The translations under genes and the position numbers were made by a program. From the NCBI RefSeq assembly GCF_036365525.1, contig NC_090409.1:21338437-21402436 (forward strand): a DNA stretch of 64,000 nt, in the 5' to 3' direction. Each line of letters begins with the position of its first letter. Within the stretch, counting starts at the first letter, position 1. The notes beneath the pieces were generated by a model, which was given only the letters and a program-made list of their open reading frames with translations, was not told the DNA's origin and made no database searches. Positions 42,901-52,501 of this stretch are shown here, piece after piece. Source of the DNA: Heterodontus francisci (Eukaryota).

Positions 42901-45900
42901 AACCATCTTCCTTCCCTATCTCAGTAACTTCCTCCAATTGAACCTCATGCCTGCACCATCTCTCTGTTCGCTTAATCCTTCGAAGTATCCTTCCCTCGTG
43001 CACAATACGTTTCCGCACAGAAGAACATCAGTCGTCAAAACTGATCACGCCAGTTTTTATGCTCTACATAAAAATCCTCTCACTTTACTTCATTCAAATG
43101 TATCAACATGACCTGCCATGTATATATAAAGTTAACATTGCACACAATGTTGCAGCGGTAATTTGAAATAAAGTTAATTATATTCTCGGAAACAATAATG
43201 AATTATCTGTTGAAAATCCATTGCTCTGGTGGAGCCTCCATGTCCTGTCCCTTCTGTGAAACCCTTACAGTATTTTTAGCACATTCCTTTCATGGCAGGT
43301 AATGAAACTGTATTCAGCATTTAGAATCGGGTTGAATGGTATACTATGGCATTGACCTCTCTGCTGTTACATATAATTAAATAGATACTATAACAGAAAC
43401 AGGACATTCCGTCCAACTGGTCTTGCCAGCATTTATATTCCAAGCGAGTCTCTTCCTATTCCACTTCAAATCAGCCTATCAGCCACTACATTATTTGCAT
43501 CTGCTTATGTGATGAGCACGGCTGAAGAAACATTCATCTACATTTACTACAAATTGACATTTATCGATATCGACTTATTTTTCCCTTCAATATACATTTC
43601 CTTTCGACTTGCACTCAAGCAATTCAATGCAGGCACTTAAAGGAAGTGCCACCATTATGAACACAGTAATTGTTGCCGTTGTAATACTTACTGCAATTTT
43701 GCAAACGTACTTTGTATTCTAAAGCAGAAAAAGGATACTTGTTCATCACGTGATATTATAAGCGAACAAAATTACAGTAGAACATTTTCGGCAAGATTCA
43801 AAAGAAATGCTCAAAGCTCTGATAGGTTCTGAGAGAGAAAAAACAATTTCCCCTGGAAGAATTATCGATAACCAAATGACACAGATTACACTGATTGGTG
43901 GAAGAAACAGTTGGTGGACACGGACATTGTTCTTTATGCAGCGAATTGTTATGATCTGCATTGCCCTCCTGACAAATACTTTAGGGATAAAATTTGCATG
44001 GCTTTGCCGAAAGTGCAGTGGCGAATGGAACGTCTGGGGTAGCTGTTCCAAAGACCAAACACAGGATCAAAGGGCCAAACGGCTTCCTTCCGATCTATGC
44101 AGTATAAAGTGCATCTAACAAGGGTAAAATTGGACGTGGGCGGGAAATCCAGAAGAATATCTCCTGTTTCACCTTATGTGGAAGATGTGAGATTGAATTC
44201 TACTCAAAATGGAATTCAATACCGTCTGTTTTGCGATACCATGAATGTTTAATGTGATCGTTACAGCTTTCATTATCATAATTTAAAAAGAGGTACAATG
44301 CAGATTGGTCAATAAAGTAAAAAAAAACTATTCATTTATATGGGAATTTTCATGACAGCAGGACATCCCAAAATACTGAATGTCTTTTGCAACTTTGCAG
44401 GGTTGTCATACAGGAAATGCAGCAAAGAAATTTGCACAAAGCAAGTTGTAATAAGATAATAACTAAATAACATGTTTTGCTGATGTTGGTTGAGGCATAA
44501 ATATTGGTCAGAAGTTTTTTTCCCATTTTTGAAATTTTGTCATGGGATCTTTTAGTCCACGTGAGATGGCAGATAGGCCTCGGTTTTCATCACCGCTGGA
44601 TGTCGGTGCCTGCGGCAGTCTTGCAGTCCCTCCCTACTCCACTGCAGTGTTATTCTAGGCTTTGTTCTCTGGTCTCGAGGGTGAGCATTGATTGATACGT
44701 ATTTGGATCGCTGATATCAGTTTATGTGATTACATCGGTGGGTATTAATACTGCAGTCGTGTTGAATACAAACCGTAGCAAGGCAAGACTTGGAACTGAA
44801 ATGGGTGGGAAACATTGATTAAAGTAACTATTGAATCTGCTTCTGCCAGATTTCTAGCAATGCCTTCCAAATCTATAGGGCGGCACAGTGGTCCAGTGGT
44901 TAGCACCGCAGCCTCACAGCTCCAGCGACCCGGATTCAGCTCTGGGTACTGCCTGTGCGGAATTTGCAAGTTCTCCCTGTGACCACGTAAGTTTCTGGTT
45001 CCCTCCCACCGCCAAATACTTGCATGTTGATAGGTAAATTGGCCATTGCAAATTGCCCCTGGTGGAGGTAGGTGGTAGGAGAAAGGTGTGGATGTGGTAG
45101 GAAATAAGGGGTTGATGTAGGATTAGTATAAATGGGTGGTTGTTGGTCGGCACAGACTCGGTGGACCGAAGGGCCTGTTTCAGTGCTGTATCTCTAAATA
45201 AAAATAAATCATCATTGCTTAAGCAAGTTCTCAACATTTGCCCTCTCCTTCTCTTGTGAACCAACATGCAACAAATTCCTTTGGTTATAAATTGTCATTT
45301 TGGTTTCCAAAAATATTTCTGATTACCAAGGATGAATATGGCTTTACAGATAATCTTAGAGAGTAATAGTATGATCTTTGTATGGCACGTGGGCGTCGCT
45401 GGCTAGGCCAGCATTTGTTTTCCATCCCGAGTTGACCTTGATTAGGTGGTTACATGGTTTTGTGCATTGCTGAACATTTAAAAGTCAACCACATTGCTGT
45501 GGTGCTGGTGTTAGATGTAGACCAGACCAGGTAAGAAAAACACATTTCCTTCCCTGAAGGGCATTATTGACTCAGATGCTTTCTTACAACAATCTGCAAT
45601 ACTTTTATGATCAAGATTAAGCTAGCTGTTTTGTTCCTCAAATTCAAATTTCACCATCTGTCGTGGCGGGTTTCGAACCCACGTCGCAGAGAATTAACCT
45701 GTCCTCTGGATTACTAATCAAGTGACACGACTACCCTGCCACTGCTTCGCCTGTTATGAATCGGTACAAAGGAATACAATTCAGACCGTCGACCAATGAC
45801 ATCTCTTTGGTAGGGCCATTCAATAAGTCATACTCTACTGCACTTTCTTCATAGCGATGGAAATTATTGTCGGCCAGACATTCATTCAATTTGTGATTGA

Positions 45901-48900
45901 AGTTGATTTTAGTAGCCTTTTGGACAGTGAATTCCAGATCACAAACGTTTTTAGTGCAAGCTTAGAATCGCCTTATGCCTCCTCTGGTTATTTGATCAAT
46001 TACGTTAAATTACCCGACACTGGAGAAAGACTTTTTTATTTAATCTGTCAAACCCATGATAATTTTCAAAACCTCCGTAAAATCTCCTTTTCGGCTGCAA
46101 CTTTCGAAGGAGAACAACTCCAGCTTCTCCAATATCTACTTATAACCGAAATTTCTCACTCTATGTTCCATGCCAAATAATATTGGAGAGGCAAGCTGAA
46201 TATAAAGAATGCTGAGAACATCTAAATTTAGACAAATAGGGGCCAAGTGGGGTTATCATAATAAATTAATGTACAAAGAAAGGCTAACATAATACATAAA
46301 AAATAAATGGTTAGCCATTCTGTAGACAGGCCAACCAGGGGCGATGCCACATTGGATTTGGTACTGGGTAATGAACCTGGCCAGGTGTTAGATTTAGATG
46401 TCGGTGAGCACTTTGGTGATAGTGATCACAATTCGGTTAGGTTTACCTTAGCGCTGGGCAGGGACAGGTATATTCTGCAGGGCAAGAATTATAGCTGGGG
46501 GATAGGAAATTATGATGCGATTAGGCAAGATTTAGGATGCGTAGGATGGGGAAGGAAACTGCAGGGGATGGGAACAATCGAAATGTGGAGCCTATTCAAA
46601 GAGCAGCTACTGCGTGTCCTTGATAAGTATGTACCTGTCAGGCAGGGAGGAAGTTGTCGAGCGAGGGAGCCGTGGTTTACTAAAGAAGTTGAAGCGCTTG
46701 TCAAGAGGAAGAAGAAGGTTTATGTTAGGATGAGACGTGAAGGCTAAGTTAGGGTGCTTGAGAGTTACAAGCTAGCCAGGAAGGATCTAAAGGGAGAGCT
46801 AAGAAGTGCAAGGAGAGGACACGAGAAGTCATTGGCGGATAGGATCAGGGAAAACCCTAAGGCTTTCTATAGGTATATCAGGAATAAAAGAATGACTAGA
46901 GTTAGATTAGGGCCAATCAAGGATAGTAGTGGGAAGTTGTGTGTGGAATCAGAGGAGATAGGGGAAGTGTTAAATTAATATTTTGCGTCGGTATTTACAG
47001 TAGAGAAAGAAAATGTTGTCGAGGAGAATACTGAGATTCAGGCTACTAGGCTAGATGGGATTGAGGTTCACAAGGAGGAGGTGTTATCAATTTTGGAAAG
47101 TGTGAAAATAGATAAGTCCCCTTTGCCAGATGGGATTTATCCTAGGATTCTCTGGGAAGCTAGCGAGGAGATTGCAGAGCCTTTGTCCTTGATCTTTATG
47201 TCGTCATTGTCGACAGGAATAGTGCCGGAAGACTGGAGGATAGCAAATGTTGTCCCCTTGTTCAAGAAGGGGAGTAGAGACGGCCCTGGTAATTATAGAC
47301 CTGTGAGCCTTACTCATTTGTGGGTGAAATGTTGGAAAAGGTTATAAGAGACAGGATGTATAATCATCTTGAAAAGAATAAGTTCATTAGCGATAGTCAG
47401 CACGGTTTTGTGACGGGTAGGTCGTGCCTCACAAACCTTATTGAGTTTTTCGAGAAGGTGACCAAACAGGTGGATGAAGGTAAAGCAGTGGATGTGGTGT
47501 ATATGGATTTCAGTAAGGCGTTTGATAAGGGTCCCCATGGTAAGCTATTGCAGAAAACACGGAAGTATGGGGTTGAAGGTGATTTAGAGCTTTGGATCAG
47601 AAATTGGCTAGCTGAAAGAAGACAGAGGGTGGTGGTTGATAGAAAATGTTCATCCTGGAGTTTAGTTACTAGTGGTGTACCGCAAGGATCTGTTTTGGGG
47701 CCACTGCTGTTTGTCAGTTTTATAAATGACCTGTATGGGTGTAAATGGGTGTAGAAGGGTGGGTTCGTAAATTTGCGGATGACACTAAGGTCGGTGGAGT
47801 TGTGGATAGTGCCGAAGGATGTTCTAGGGTACAGAGGGACATAGATAGGCTGCAGAGCTGGGCTGAGAGATGGCAAATGGAGTTTAATGCGGAAAAGTGC
47901 GAGGTGATTCACTTTGCAAGGAATGGGCTAATGGGAAGATTCTTGGTAGTGTGGATGAACAGAGAGATCTTGGTGTCCAGGTGCATAAATCCCTGAAGGT
48001 TGCTACCCAGGTTAATGGGGCTGTTAAGAAGGCATATGGTGTGTTAGCTTTTATTAGTAGGGGGATCGAGTTTCGGAGCCACGATGTCATGCTGCAGCTG
48101 TTCAAAACTCTGGTGAGACCGCACCTGGAGTATTGCGTGCAGTTCTGGTCACCGCATTATAAGAAGGATGTGGAAGCTATGGAAAGGGTGCAGAGGAGAT
48201 GTACTAGGATGTTGCCTGGTATGGAGGGAAGGTCTTACGAGGAAAGGCTGAGGGACTTGAGGTTGTTTTCGTTGGAGAGAAGGAGGAGGAGAGGTGACTT
48301 AATAGAGACATATAAGATAATCAGAGGGTTAGATAGGGTGGATAGTGAGAGTCTTTTTCCTCGGATGGTGATGGCAAACACGAGGGGACATAGCTTTAAG
48401 TTGAGGGGTGATAGATATAGGACAGATGTCAGAGGTAGTTTCTTTACTCAGAGAGTAGTAGGGGCGTGGAACGCCCTGCCTGCAACAGTAGTAGACTCGC
48501 CAACTTTAAGGGCATTTAAGTGGTCATTGGATAGACATATGGATGAAAATGGAATAGTGCAGGTCAGATGGTTTCACAGGTCGGCTCAACATCGAGGGCC
48601 GAAGGGCCTGTACTGCGCTGTAATGTTCTAATTCTAATTCTAAAAAAAAGAAGGGCAGTTTCGATTATGTACCAACATAATATATTGTTGTGGAGGCTGA
48701 CACATGGTTGAGATAGCAACTGAGTACTTTTCATCTGTACTTATAAGAGAAGAAGATACTGCCAAAATTGCAGTCAAGGGGAAGGCAATACAGTTTTTGC
48801 AGAGGATGAAATGCATATATTAATGCTTGGATTTCCAGGGTAGAATTTCAAAGATGCAGGAAGCCAAAGACAGGAAGGTGGCAGGATCAGTTGAGAAGGC

Positions 48901-50255
48901 TGGTAAAAAGCATATGGGTTCTGTTGCTTTATTCATAGAGGGATAGAGTAAAAAGGGAAGCAAGATATCCATTCGGTGGTGAGTAATTCAACTTATGGCT
49001 CCTCATCTACGAAACACGTCAGGAACGTGATGGAATAGTCTTCACTTGTCTGGATGGGTTCAGCTCCAACAACAATCAGGAAGAACAGCACTATTCAGGG
49101 AAAAACAAGCGCTTGTTTGGCACTCCATCCATCACCATTAACACGTGTGTCACGCCAGGTCCTCTCTGCACCTTTGATGTAATTTCTAATGCTTCCCCCT
49201 TCTGCAGATTTCATCGAGCACGTGTCAACCTATCTCATCCATCGTTTCTTTGCTGACAGAGAGGATACCCCGCTGTGATAGCTAGAATTTATTCGCATTT
49301 AGTGGCTCAGTAGCAGGCCATTCTGCCCAGCAGGATTTTGCAATCCATGCCAGCCTTGTGGTATGATGTTCAGTGAGAAGTCCCCAACACCTGGCATCTA
49401 TTGTGAGTTTAATTGCAGAATGAGGGGAGGAAAACGTGCTTTTTGAGTGTGTGTGAAATGAATGAAAGTTAAAGACATTTTAAACTGGCACGTACTTACC
49501 TTTCTCTCTTAGGGTCTGATTTTGTTCTGTGATGATAGTAGCAATAATAATAATGATAATAATAATTGTAATAATAATAGTAATAATAATAATACACTTT
49601 CAAAAATTTCTTAAGATGCCATGTTTCTATCAAACCATGGAGCTAAATCGCCAGGCAGTGTCAAATGGGCCCATTTTCTTATTCCCCTATTTAGTAATGA
49701 ACACTCTCTTATTATTTCCCCAGCTGACTTCTTGCGGGCCGTGTAAGGCCAAAACCTGAGGACGGACCTTATTATTTCAATACTCTCCATCTGCTTTTTG
49801 ATGCCAATGGCGCAGCTTGGAAGATAATATGCATACGACGGGATGGAAAGTTGGCTTGGCCAGAAGCGCAGAGCGTACAGTATTGTTGTTGGCCCTGCCA
49901 AATATCCACTTTGGGAGGCGAAGTCATCAGTTAGGCAGGGTTTATCATGGATGGTCGATGCGATTTCGCCAAAGTTGTGTCACATGCAGAGGAAGGGCAT
50001 CATACTTGGGAGGCACACTGTGACACAAACGTTCATTTCTTAGTTGGGGTAGAAGATGTCTTACTAACACGAAGGGGGTAATTTCAGAACTGCAGCATGT
50101 TATACTCCACGTCTGCTATTCAGGCACATTGACTTAATTGGAAGTGATTATCGGGCCAGGTATTTAGCGTGTGCCTGATGTGAAACCGCTCATGTTGCAG
50201 TGCCATTTGTCCAAATTACCTGCTTCTTCCAATGATTCTTTCAGCTTTATCAGTT
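6865..50255 (-). CDS. Partial host gene: array of at least 16 symmetric phase-1 micro-exons encoding a ~162-aa heptad coiled coil; both gene ends not found in the window
   Basis: 16 AG-exon-GT units of 36, 27 or 18 nt, all on the minus strand, all phase 1-1 and stop-free when joined. Strict 27/36 alternation from 31586 to 6865. Hydrophobic residues fall at positions 2,5,9,12,16 of the 21-aa unit. Confidence 0.9.
7179..7516 (-). mobile_element. HE1-like SINE with (TCTAA)n tail
   Basis: Near-identical to the 51804 copy; ttagattagattag tail. Confidence 0.92.
7916..7942 (-). CDS. 27-nt micro-exon EERLQMKDK
   Basis: ctctatttatacag|aggaacggctgcagatgaaggataaag|gtaatg. Confidence 0.88.
8140..8310 (-). 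mobile_element. Deu-domain SINE 3' fragment
   Basis: gtaggaaacgcggcagccaacttgcac is the reverse complement of the conserved 3' block. Confidence 0.6.
9593..9628 (-). CDS. 36-nt micro-exon EVENLEKQVSDL
   Basis: tctccttttctttctccag|aagtcgaaaatctcgaaaaacaggtcagcgatctcg|gtgagg. Confidence 0.9.
10860..11210 (-). mobile_element. Penelope-like 3' terminal fragment
   Basis: aaaatgtgctggaaatgcacaacagatcagg...ctgaaattgttcaac, reverse-complement counterpart of 6350-6780. Confidence 0.6.
11376..11402 (-). CDS. 27-nt micro-exon DQKLSRKEK
   Basis: attaattatatgtag|atcaaaagctgagcagaaaggagaaag|gtaaag; 18/27 nt identical to the 17251 exon. Confidence 0.85.
11770..12600 (+). mobile_element. Old CR1 3' region
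   Basis: tggagtataatgtgaggaaatgg..., gctctggtgagatcaca, CR1 3'UTR-like end. Confidence 0.75.
13438..13473 (-). CDS. 36-nt micro-exon ECNALKESCRDS
   Basis: cctattattttgttccag|aatgtaatgctttgaaggaaagttgccgagattcag|gtgaac. Confidence 0.85.
13510..13750 (+). mobile_element. Decayed tRNA-SINE of a third family (same as 45375)
   Basis: gcttcaaatcc, gaatttgaattc, gtgaccatgaa, aatgtccttatggtaaggaaa. Confidence 0.5.
15960..16720 (+). mobile_element. Two old CR1 3' end fragments with a G-rich run at 16438-16480
   Basis: CR1 3' motifs tacacagcgagtgg, ttcaaaagaaagttggat, ggactcgatggacggaatagcc. Confidence 0.6.
17251..17277 (-). CDS. 27-nt micro-exon EQQLSQKEK
   Basis: ccttgttatttattag|aacaacaactgagtcagaaagagaagg|gtaagt. 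Confidence 0.9.
18225..18260 (-). CDS. 36-nt micro-exon ELDTLKESLQDI
   Basis: ctatttcctgattttctgaag|agctagacaccctgaaggagagtctgcaagacatag|gtaaga. Confidence 0.88.
18290..20000 (+). mobile_element. Fragment of a second CR1/L2-group LINE family, split by an RTE insertion
   Basis: gatttggataacatgtagacttgggttgagaggtggcaagtaacattc (DLDNI.AW..WQVTF-like); resumes after 19887 with tgtgtaccatctacaagatgcac. Confidence 0.7.
18667..19876 (-). mobile_element. RTE-clade LINE with inverted 5' segment and 11-bp TSD
   Basis: 18667-19066 minus: FYSELHHGKRLPGGQRKHY...SWESLAQ plus RTE 3' end. 19070-19876 plus: YRTSGKLFN, LQYAED, MPDTSLPKQ. TSD gcaccccatct at 18656-18666 and 19877-19887. Confidence 0.85.
20831..23706 (-). 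mobile_element. Young CR1 LINE, 5'-truncated at the start of ORF2, (ATTCTA)n tail
   Basis: Whole EN-RT region present; 3' stem-loop ggccgaagggcc; tail ttagaattagaa. Confidence 0.97.
20912..23684 (-). CDS. CR1 ORF2 (APE endonuclease + reverse transcriptase) with one frameshift in the 15-C run at 23484-23498
   Basis: LKCVYFNARSIRNK...VAISETW, GDFN, SDH, QHGF, DFSKAFD, KFADD; 856 aa open downstream of the run. Confidence 0.93.
24850..26520 (-). mobile_element. Highly decayed CR1
   Basis: RGLEYKQEEVLLQLSRALVR; EMATVMNSYVMSVFAVEE. Confidence 0.7.
26704..26730 (-). CDS. 27-nt micro-exon EMTLNQKLK
   Basis: tgtgctttcaatag|aaatgacgctcaatcagaaactgaaag|gtgagt. Confidence 0.88.
27640..29990 (-). mobile_element. 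Stack of several decayed CR1 3' halves
   Basis: Repeated CR1 3' starts (catagaattatata, tatagaacc, catggagtcatacag) each followed by RT C-terminal remnants. Confidence 0.6.
30240..30430. repeat. Degenerate (GAT)n/(GAG)n low-complexity tract
   Basis: gatgatgatg...gatgatgatgaggaggaggagaaggaagagg. Confidence 0.7.
30570..30605 (-). CDS. 36-nt micro-exon ELEKMKGEFQQL
   Basis: ccttttcttgttgcttttcacag|aattggagaaaatgaagggagaattccagcaattgg|gtgagt. Confidence 0.9.
31560..31586 (-). CDS. 27-nt micro-exon DEMSLEKLR
   Basis: tatatttttgaacag|atgaaatgagccttgagaaactaagag|gtaaat. Confidence 0.8.
31785..32145 (-). mobile_element. Deu-domain SINE
   Basis: aatgtctcatctaaaatatgtcacctccgac, gtaggaaacacagc, ctcaagtcactggag. 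Confidence 0.75.
32799..32816 (-). CDS. 18-nt micro-exon EEKVKA
   Basis: tttgtttgtttttttcatatgaacag|aagaaaaggtaaaggcag|gtaaaa; a competing internal donor aag|gtaaag is also present. Confidence 0.6.
33490..35515 (+). mobile_element. 5'-truncated CR1 with disrupted ORF2
   Basis: IKENPKAF, PLFKKGSRDKPGNYR, SGVPRGSVLGPLLF, NFADD; 3' gggccaaagggcc and gactctatga tail. Confidence 0.95.
36041..36076 (-). CDS. 36-nt micro-exon ALQNTLKKIEAL
   Basis: ttttatttgccattcag|cactgcaaaacacgctgaagaagattgaagctttag|gtgagt. Confidence 0.85.
36158..36205. repeat. Perfect 24-bp tandem duplication
   Basis: atcttatatacaaatggcttgcta x2. Confidence 0.95.
37841..37867 (-). CDS. 27-nt micro-exon KDETEEKEL
   Basis: ttttatttgtcgctgtcttacag|aagatgaaacggaggaaaaagaattag|gtaaat. 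Confidence 0.8.
   Translation of the reverse strand, partial: KMKRRKKN
38390..40440 (-). mobile_element. Decayed L2-type LINE
   Basis: Minus strand GIPQ..ILGSLLF, LHANDIQLYI (YADDTQLY-like), ELIQNS; 3' end gctatataaatac. Confidence 0.75.
41440..41800 (+). mobile_element. L2 3' fragment
   Basis: ttgaacatccccgaatttaatcactcc; ctctctacctccatctcctcc...gctccttt. Confidence 0.55.
43692..43718 (-). CDS. 27-nt micro-exon EYKVRLQNC
   Basis: cctttttctgctttag|aatacaaagtacgtttgcaaaattgca|gtaagt. Confidence 0.8.
44328..44685 (-). mobile_element. Deu-domain SINE
   Basis: catgggatcttttagtccacgtgag...ggcctcggtttt; gatgttggttgaggcataaatattgg. Confidence 0.75.
44878..45208 (+). mobile_element. HE1-like SINE
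   Basis: gggcggcacagtggtccagtggttagc...gaagggcctgtttcagtgctgtatctctaaataaa. Confidence 0.9.
45375..45745 (-). mobile_element. tRNA-derived SINE of a third family; 3' tail shared with the second LINE family
   Basis: B box gggttcgaaaccc; core ccttcagggaaggaaa...cttacctggtctgg; tail aatgctggcctagccagcgacgcccac resembles 57048-57076. Confidence 0.7.
46322..48645 (+). mobile_element. Young-subfamily CR1, 5'-truncated, several stops/frameshifts, (ATTCTA)n tail
   Basis: Closely colinear with the 20831 copy from VDRPTRGDATLDL onward. Confidence 0.97.
49500..49526 (-). CDS. 27-nt micro-exon EQNQTLREK
   Basis: (att)n...catcacag|aacaaaatcagaccctaagagagaaag|gtaagt. Confidence 0.85.
49530..49593. repeat. 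(AAT)n microsatellite abutting the 49526 splice acceptor
   Basis: gatgatagtagcaataataataatgataataataattgtaataataat... Confidence 0.9.
50220..50255 (-). CDS. 36-nt micro-exon (E)LIKLKESLEEA
   Basis: ccatttattttcag|aactgataaagctgaaagaatcattggaagaagcag|gtaatt. Confidence 0.85.
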
Positions 50256-50339
50256 CTGAAAATAAATGGTAACAATTAATTATCTTCTTGTTTCATGCTT
50301 GCTCTACTCACTCTGCACGCGGGAGTTCACATTACTCTT

Positions 50340-51120
50340 CCATGGTGGCGCGCATTGGCTATAATAGAATGCTGGATTTGGTATCTCGATGTCCAGAATA
50401 CAGGGAAGTAGAAGTCATGCTTCAGCTATACAAAGCCCTGGTTAGACCACTACTACATTGCTGTAAGCACTTGTAGGCAGAGCACCTTAAGGAGGAGACA
50501 CTGGCCTTGAGGGGAGTACAGCGTCGATTTAACAGAATACACCAAGACTCCAGAAGACCGCGATGAGAAGAGAATACACATAATAGAGTTGTACTTCTTG
50601 GAATGTAGAAGGTTAAGGACTGGTTTGATCTAGGTGTTAGGGGGAGCAGATAAGGTAGACAAAAGACAAGCGATTTACAGCAATTAGGCAGCCAAGAAGT
50701 AAAGGTCTGTAAAGCTAACCCCGACCAGGCCCAAATGCTGGACCCGGTAGTTGGGCCCGACCTGACCCGAACCCAATGCATGCCATCAGGTCCTGTCGGG
50801 TTCGGGCCGGGTAGCAGGCCTTTACATCAGTAGGGTAACTGCAAGGCTTATTCTCATGAATGGAGCTGGATATTTCAGAAGTGAAATTGGGAACACTTTC
50901 ACATGCAAAAGTTAATAAAGGTGTGAAACTATGTTCCGCAAATGTGAAAATAAAGCCAGATCTATTGTTAATTTTAAATTTGAGATTGATTTATTTTTGT
51001 AAAGCAAAATTATTTAGATAAATAGGACAAAGGCATTTATGTGAAGTTACTTTGCAGATCACCATGATCTAATTGAATGGCAGAACCGCCTTTGGTGCAA
51101 AATGGATTCATGATATTCCC
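50340..51120 (+). mobile_element. Old CR1 3' region
   Basis: EYREVEVMLQLYKALVRPLL. Confidence 0.75.
50700..50824. mobile_element. Short hAT-like MITE inside CR1
   Basis: Terminal inverted repeats taaaggtctg / caggccttta (9/10); internal cccgac and gtcggg subterminal repeats; no clear TSD. Confidence 0.55.
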
Positions 51121-51803
51121 TCTGTGCTTTGACTAATCCTCGATTGAAATATTGTTTTCAGATTTATTTGCTGAAAGCTTCAGCTTCTATTTTAATGTTT
51201 TGAACCCACATTCTTGATTCCCCCTCCAGAAAGCTTTTTGTAGGGTTAACTGATCAAACCATGTTCACATTATAAACACTTCAGTCAATCGTCTGTATGT
51301 TCAAAAGTGTCTTACATCACCAATGTGTGAACCGGGCAATGCATGAGGTCACACTAGTTTCCACAGTTTTTAAAACAGGTAGAAAGTGATGCCAAGCACA
51401 AACAATTGATAACATTCTTCTTTGCCTATTCCAAAACAAGTTCATGATGATAACATATCCTTTCATATTGGCACATTTATTTTTCAGTAAAACAGTGCGA
51501 CCAATAGCATCACACGTTATTTTCACAATTCCAAGTGTAAAATGTCAGGTATCACACTTCAATGGAACTTTTGCAGCCCAGAATCATTCACTGCAACAAC
51601 TCGCTGCCAGTGGTAATGCTTCCTTCGAGCCTCTTCCCATGCTGCTCCAACTAATCTTGTCAGCATATTATTTTATTCCTCGTCTCACCCATGTGCCGAT
51701 TAGCTTTTCCTTAAGTACATGTATGCTTTGTGCCTCAACAATCCTGTGTTAGCAAGTTTCACACTCTCGCTTGCTGGCTACAGGGCATTCAGACAAGATG
51801 GAG

Positions 51804-52154
51804 TTAGATTAGATTAGATTAGAGATACAGCACTGAAACAGGCCCTTCGGCCCACCGAGTCTGTGCCGAACATCAACCACCCATTTATCCTAATCCTACA
51901 CTAATCCCATATTCCTACCAAACATCCCCACCTGTCTCTATATTTCCCTACCACCTACCTATACTAGTGACAATTTATAATGGCCAATTTACCTATCAAC
52001 CTGCAAGTCTTTTGGCTTGTGGGAGGAAACCGGAGCACCCGGAGAAAACCCACGCAGACACAGGGAGAACTTGCAAACTCCACACAGGCAGTACCCGGAA
52101 TCGAACCCGGGTCCCTGGAGCTGTGAGGCTGCGGTGCTAACCACTGCGCCGCCC
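51804..52154 (-). mobile_element. HE1-like SINE, young, (TCTAA)n tail
   Basis: Intact A and B boxes; inserted in an old CR1 endonuclease fragment just before KGGGVA. Confidence 0.93.
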
Positions 52155-52501
52155 AAAAAAGTTGCGACAAAAAAGGAGGAGGAGTTGCGATGTGTATGAA
52201 AGAAACAATTATAAAATTTAGAAGGGATGATACAGTGGAAGGATATTCAAACGAGACCGTATGGGTCGAGCTGAAGAAGTAAAAAGGGACAATCACACCA
52301 GCAGGAATGCATTATGGAGCCCAAACAGTCAGAGTGCTATAGAGGAGCATATATGTAGGCAATCTGTAAGAAATGCAGAAATGGTAAGAATAGTGGGGGA
52401 TTTCAACTACAATAATATTTGTTGGCATAACATTAGTGTGAAAGGCAGAGAGGTGCCAGCATTTTCAGAATTCATTCAGGAGTAGCTGTTCCAGACAGCA
52501 T

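Noticed and set aside
49527-49600. Poly-Ile run (CIIIITIIITIIIIIIIIATIIT) in frame with the 49500 exon on minus, resembling a transmembrane helix; also the plus ORF 49529-49759
   Set aside because: It is an (ATT)n microsatellite, bounded upstream by TGA, with no phase-1 acceptor to enter it.
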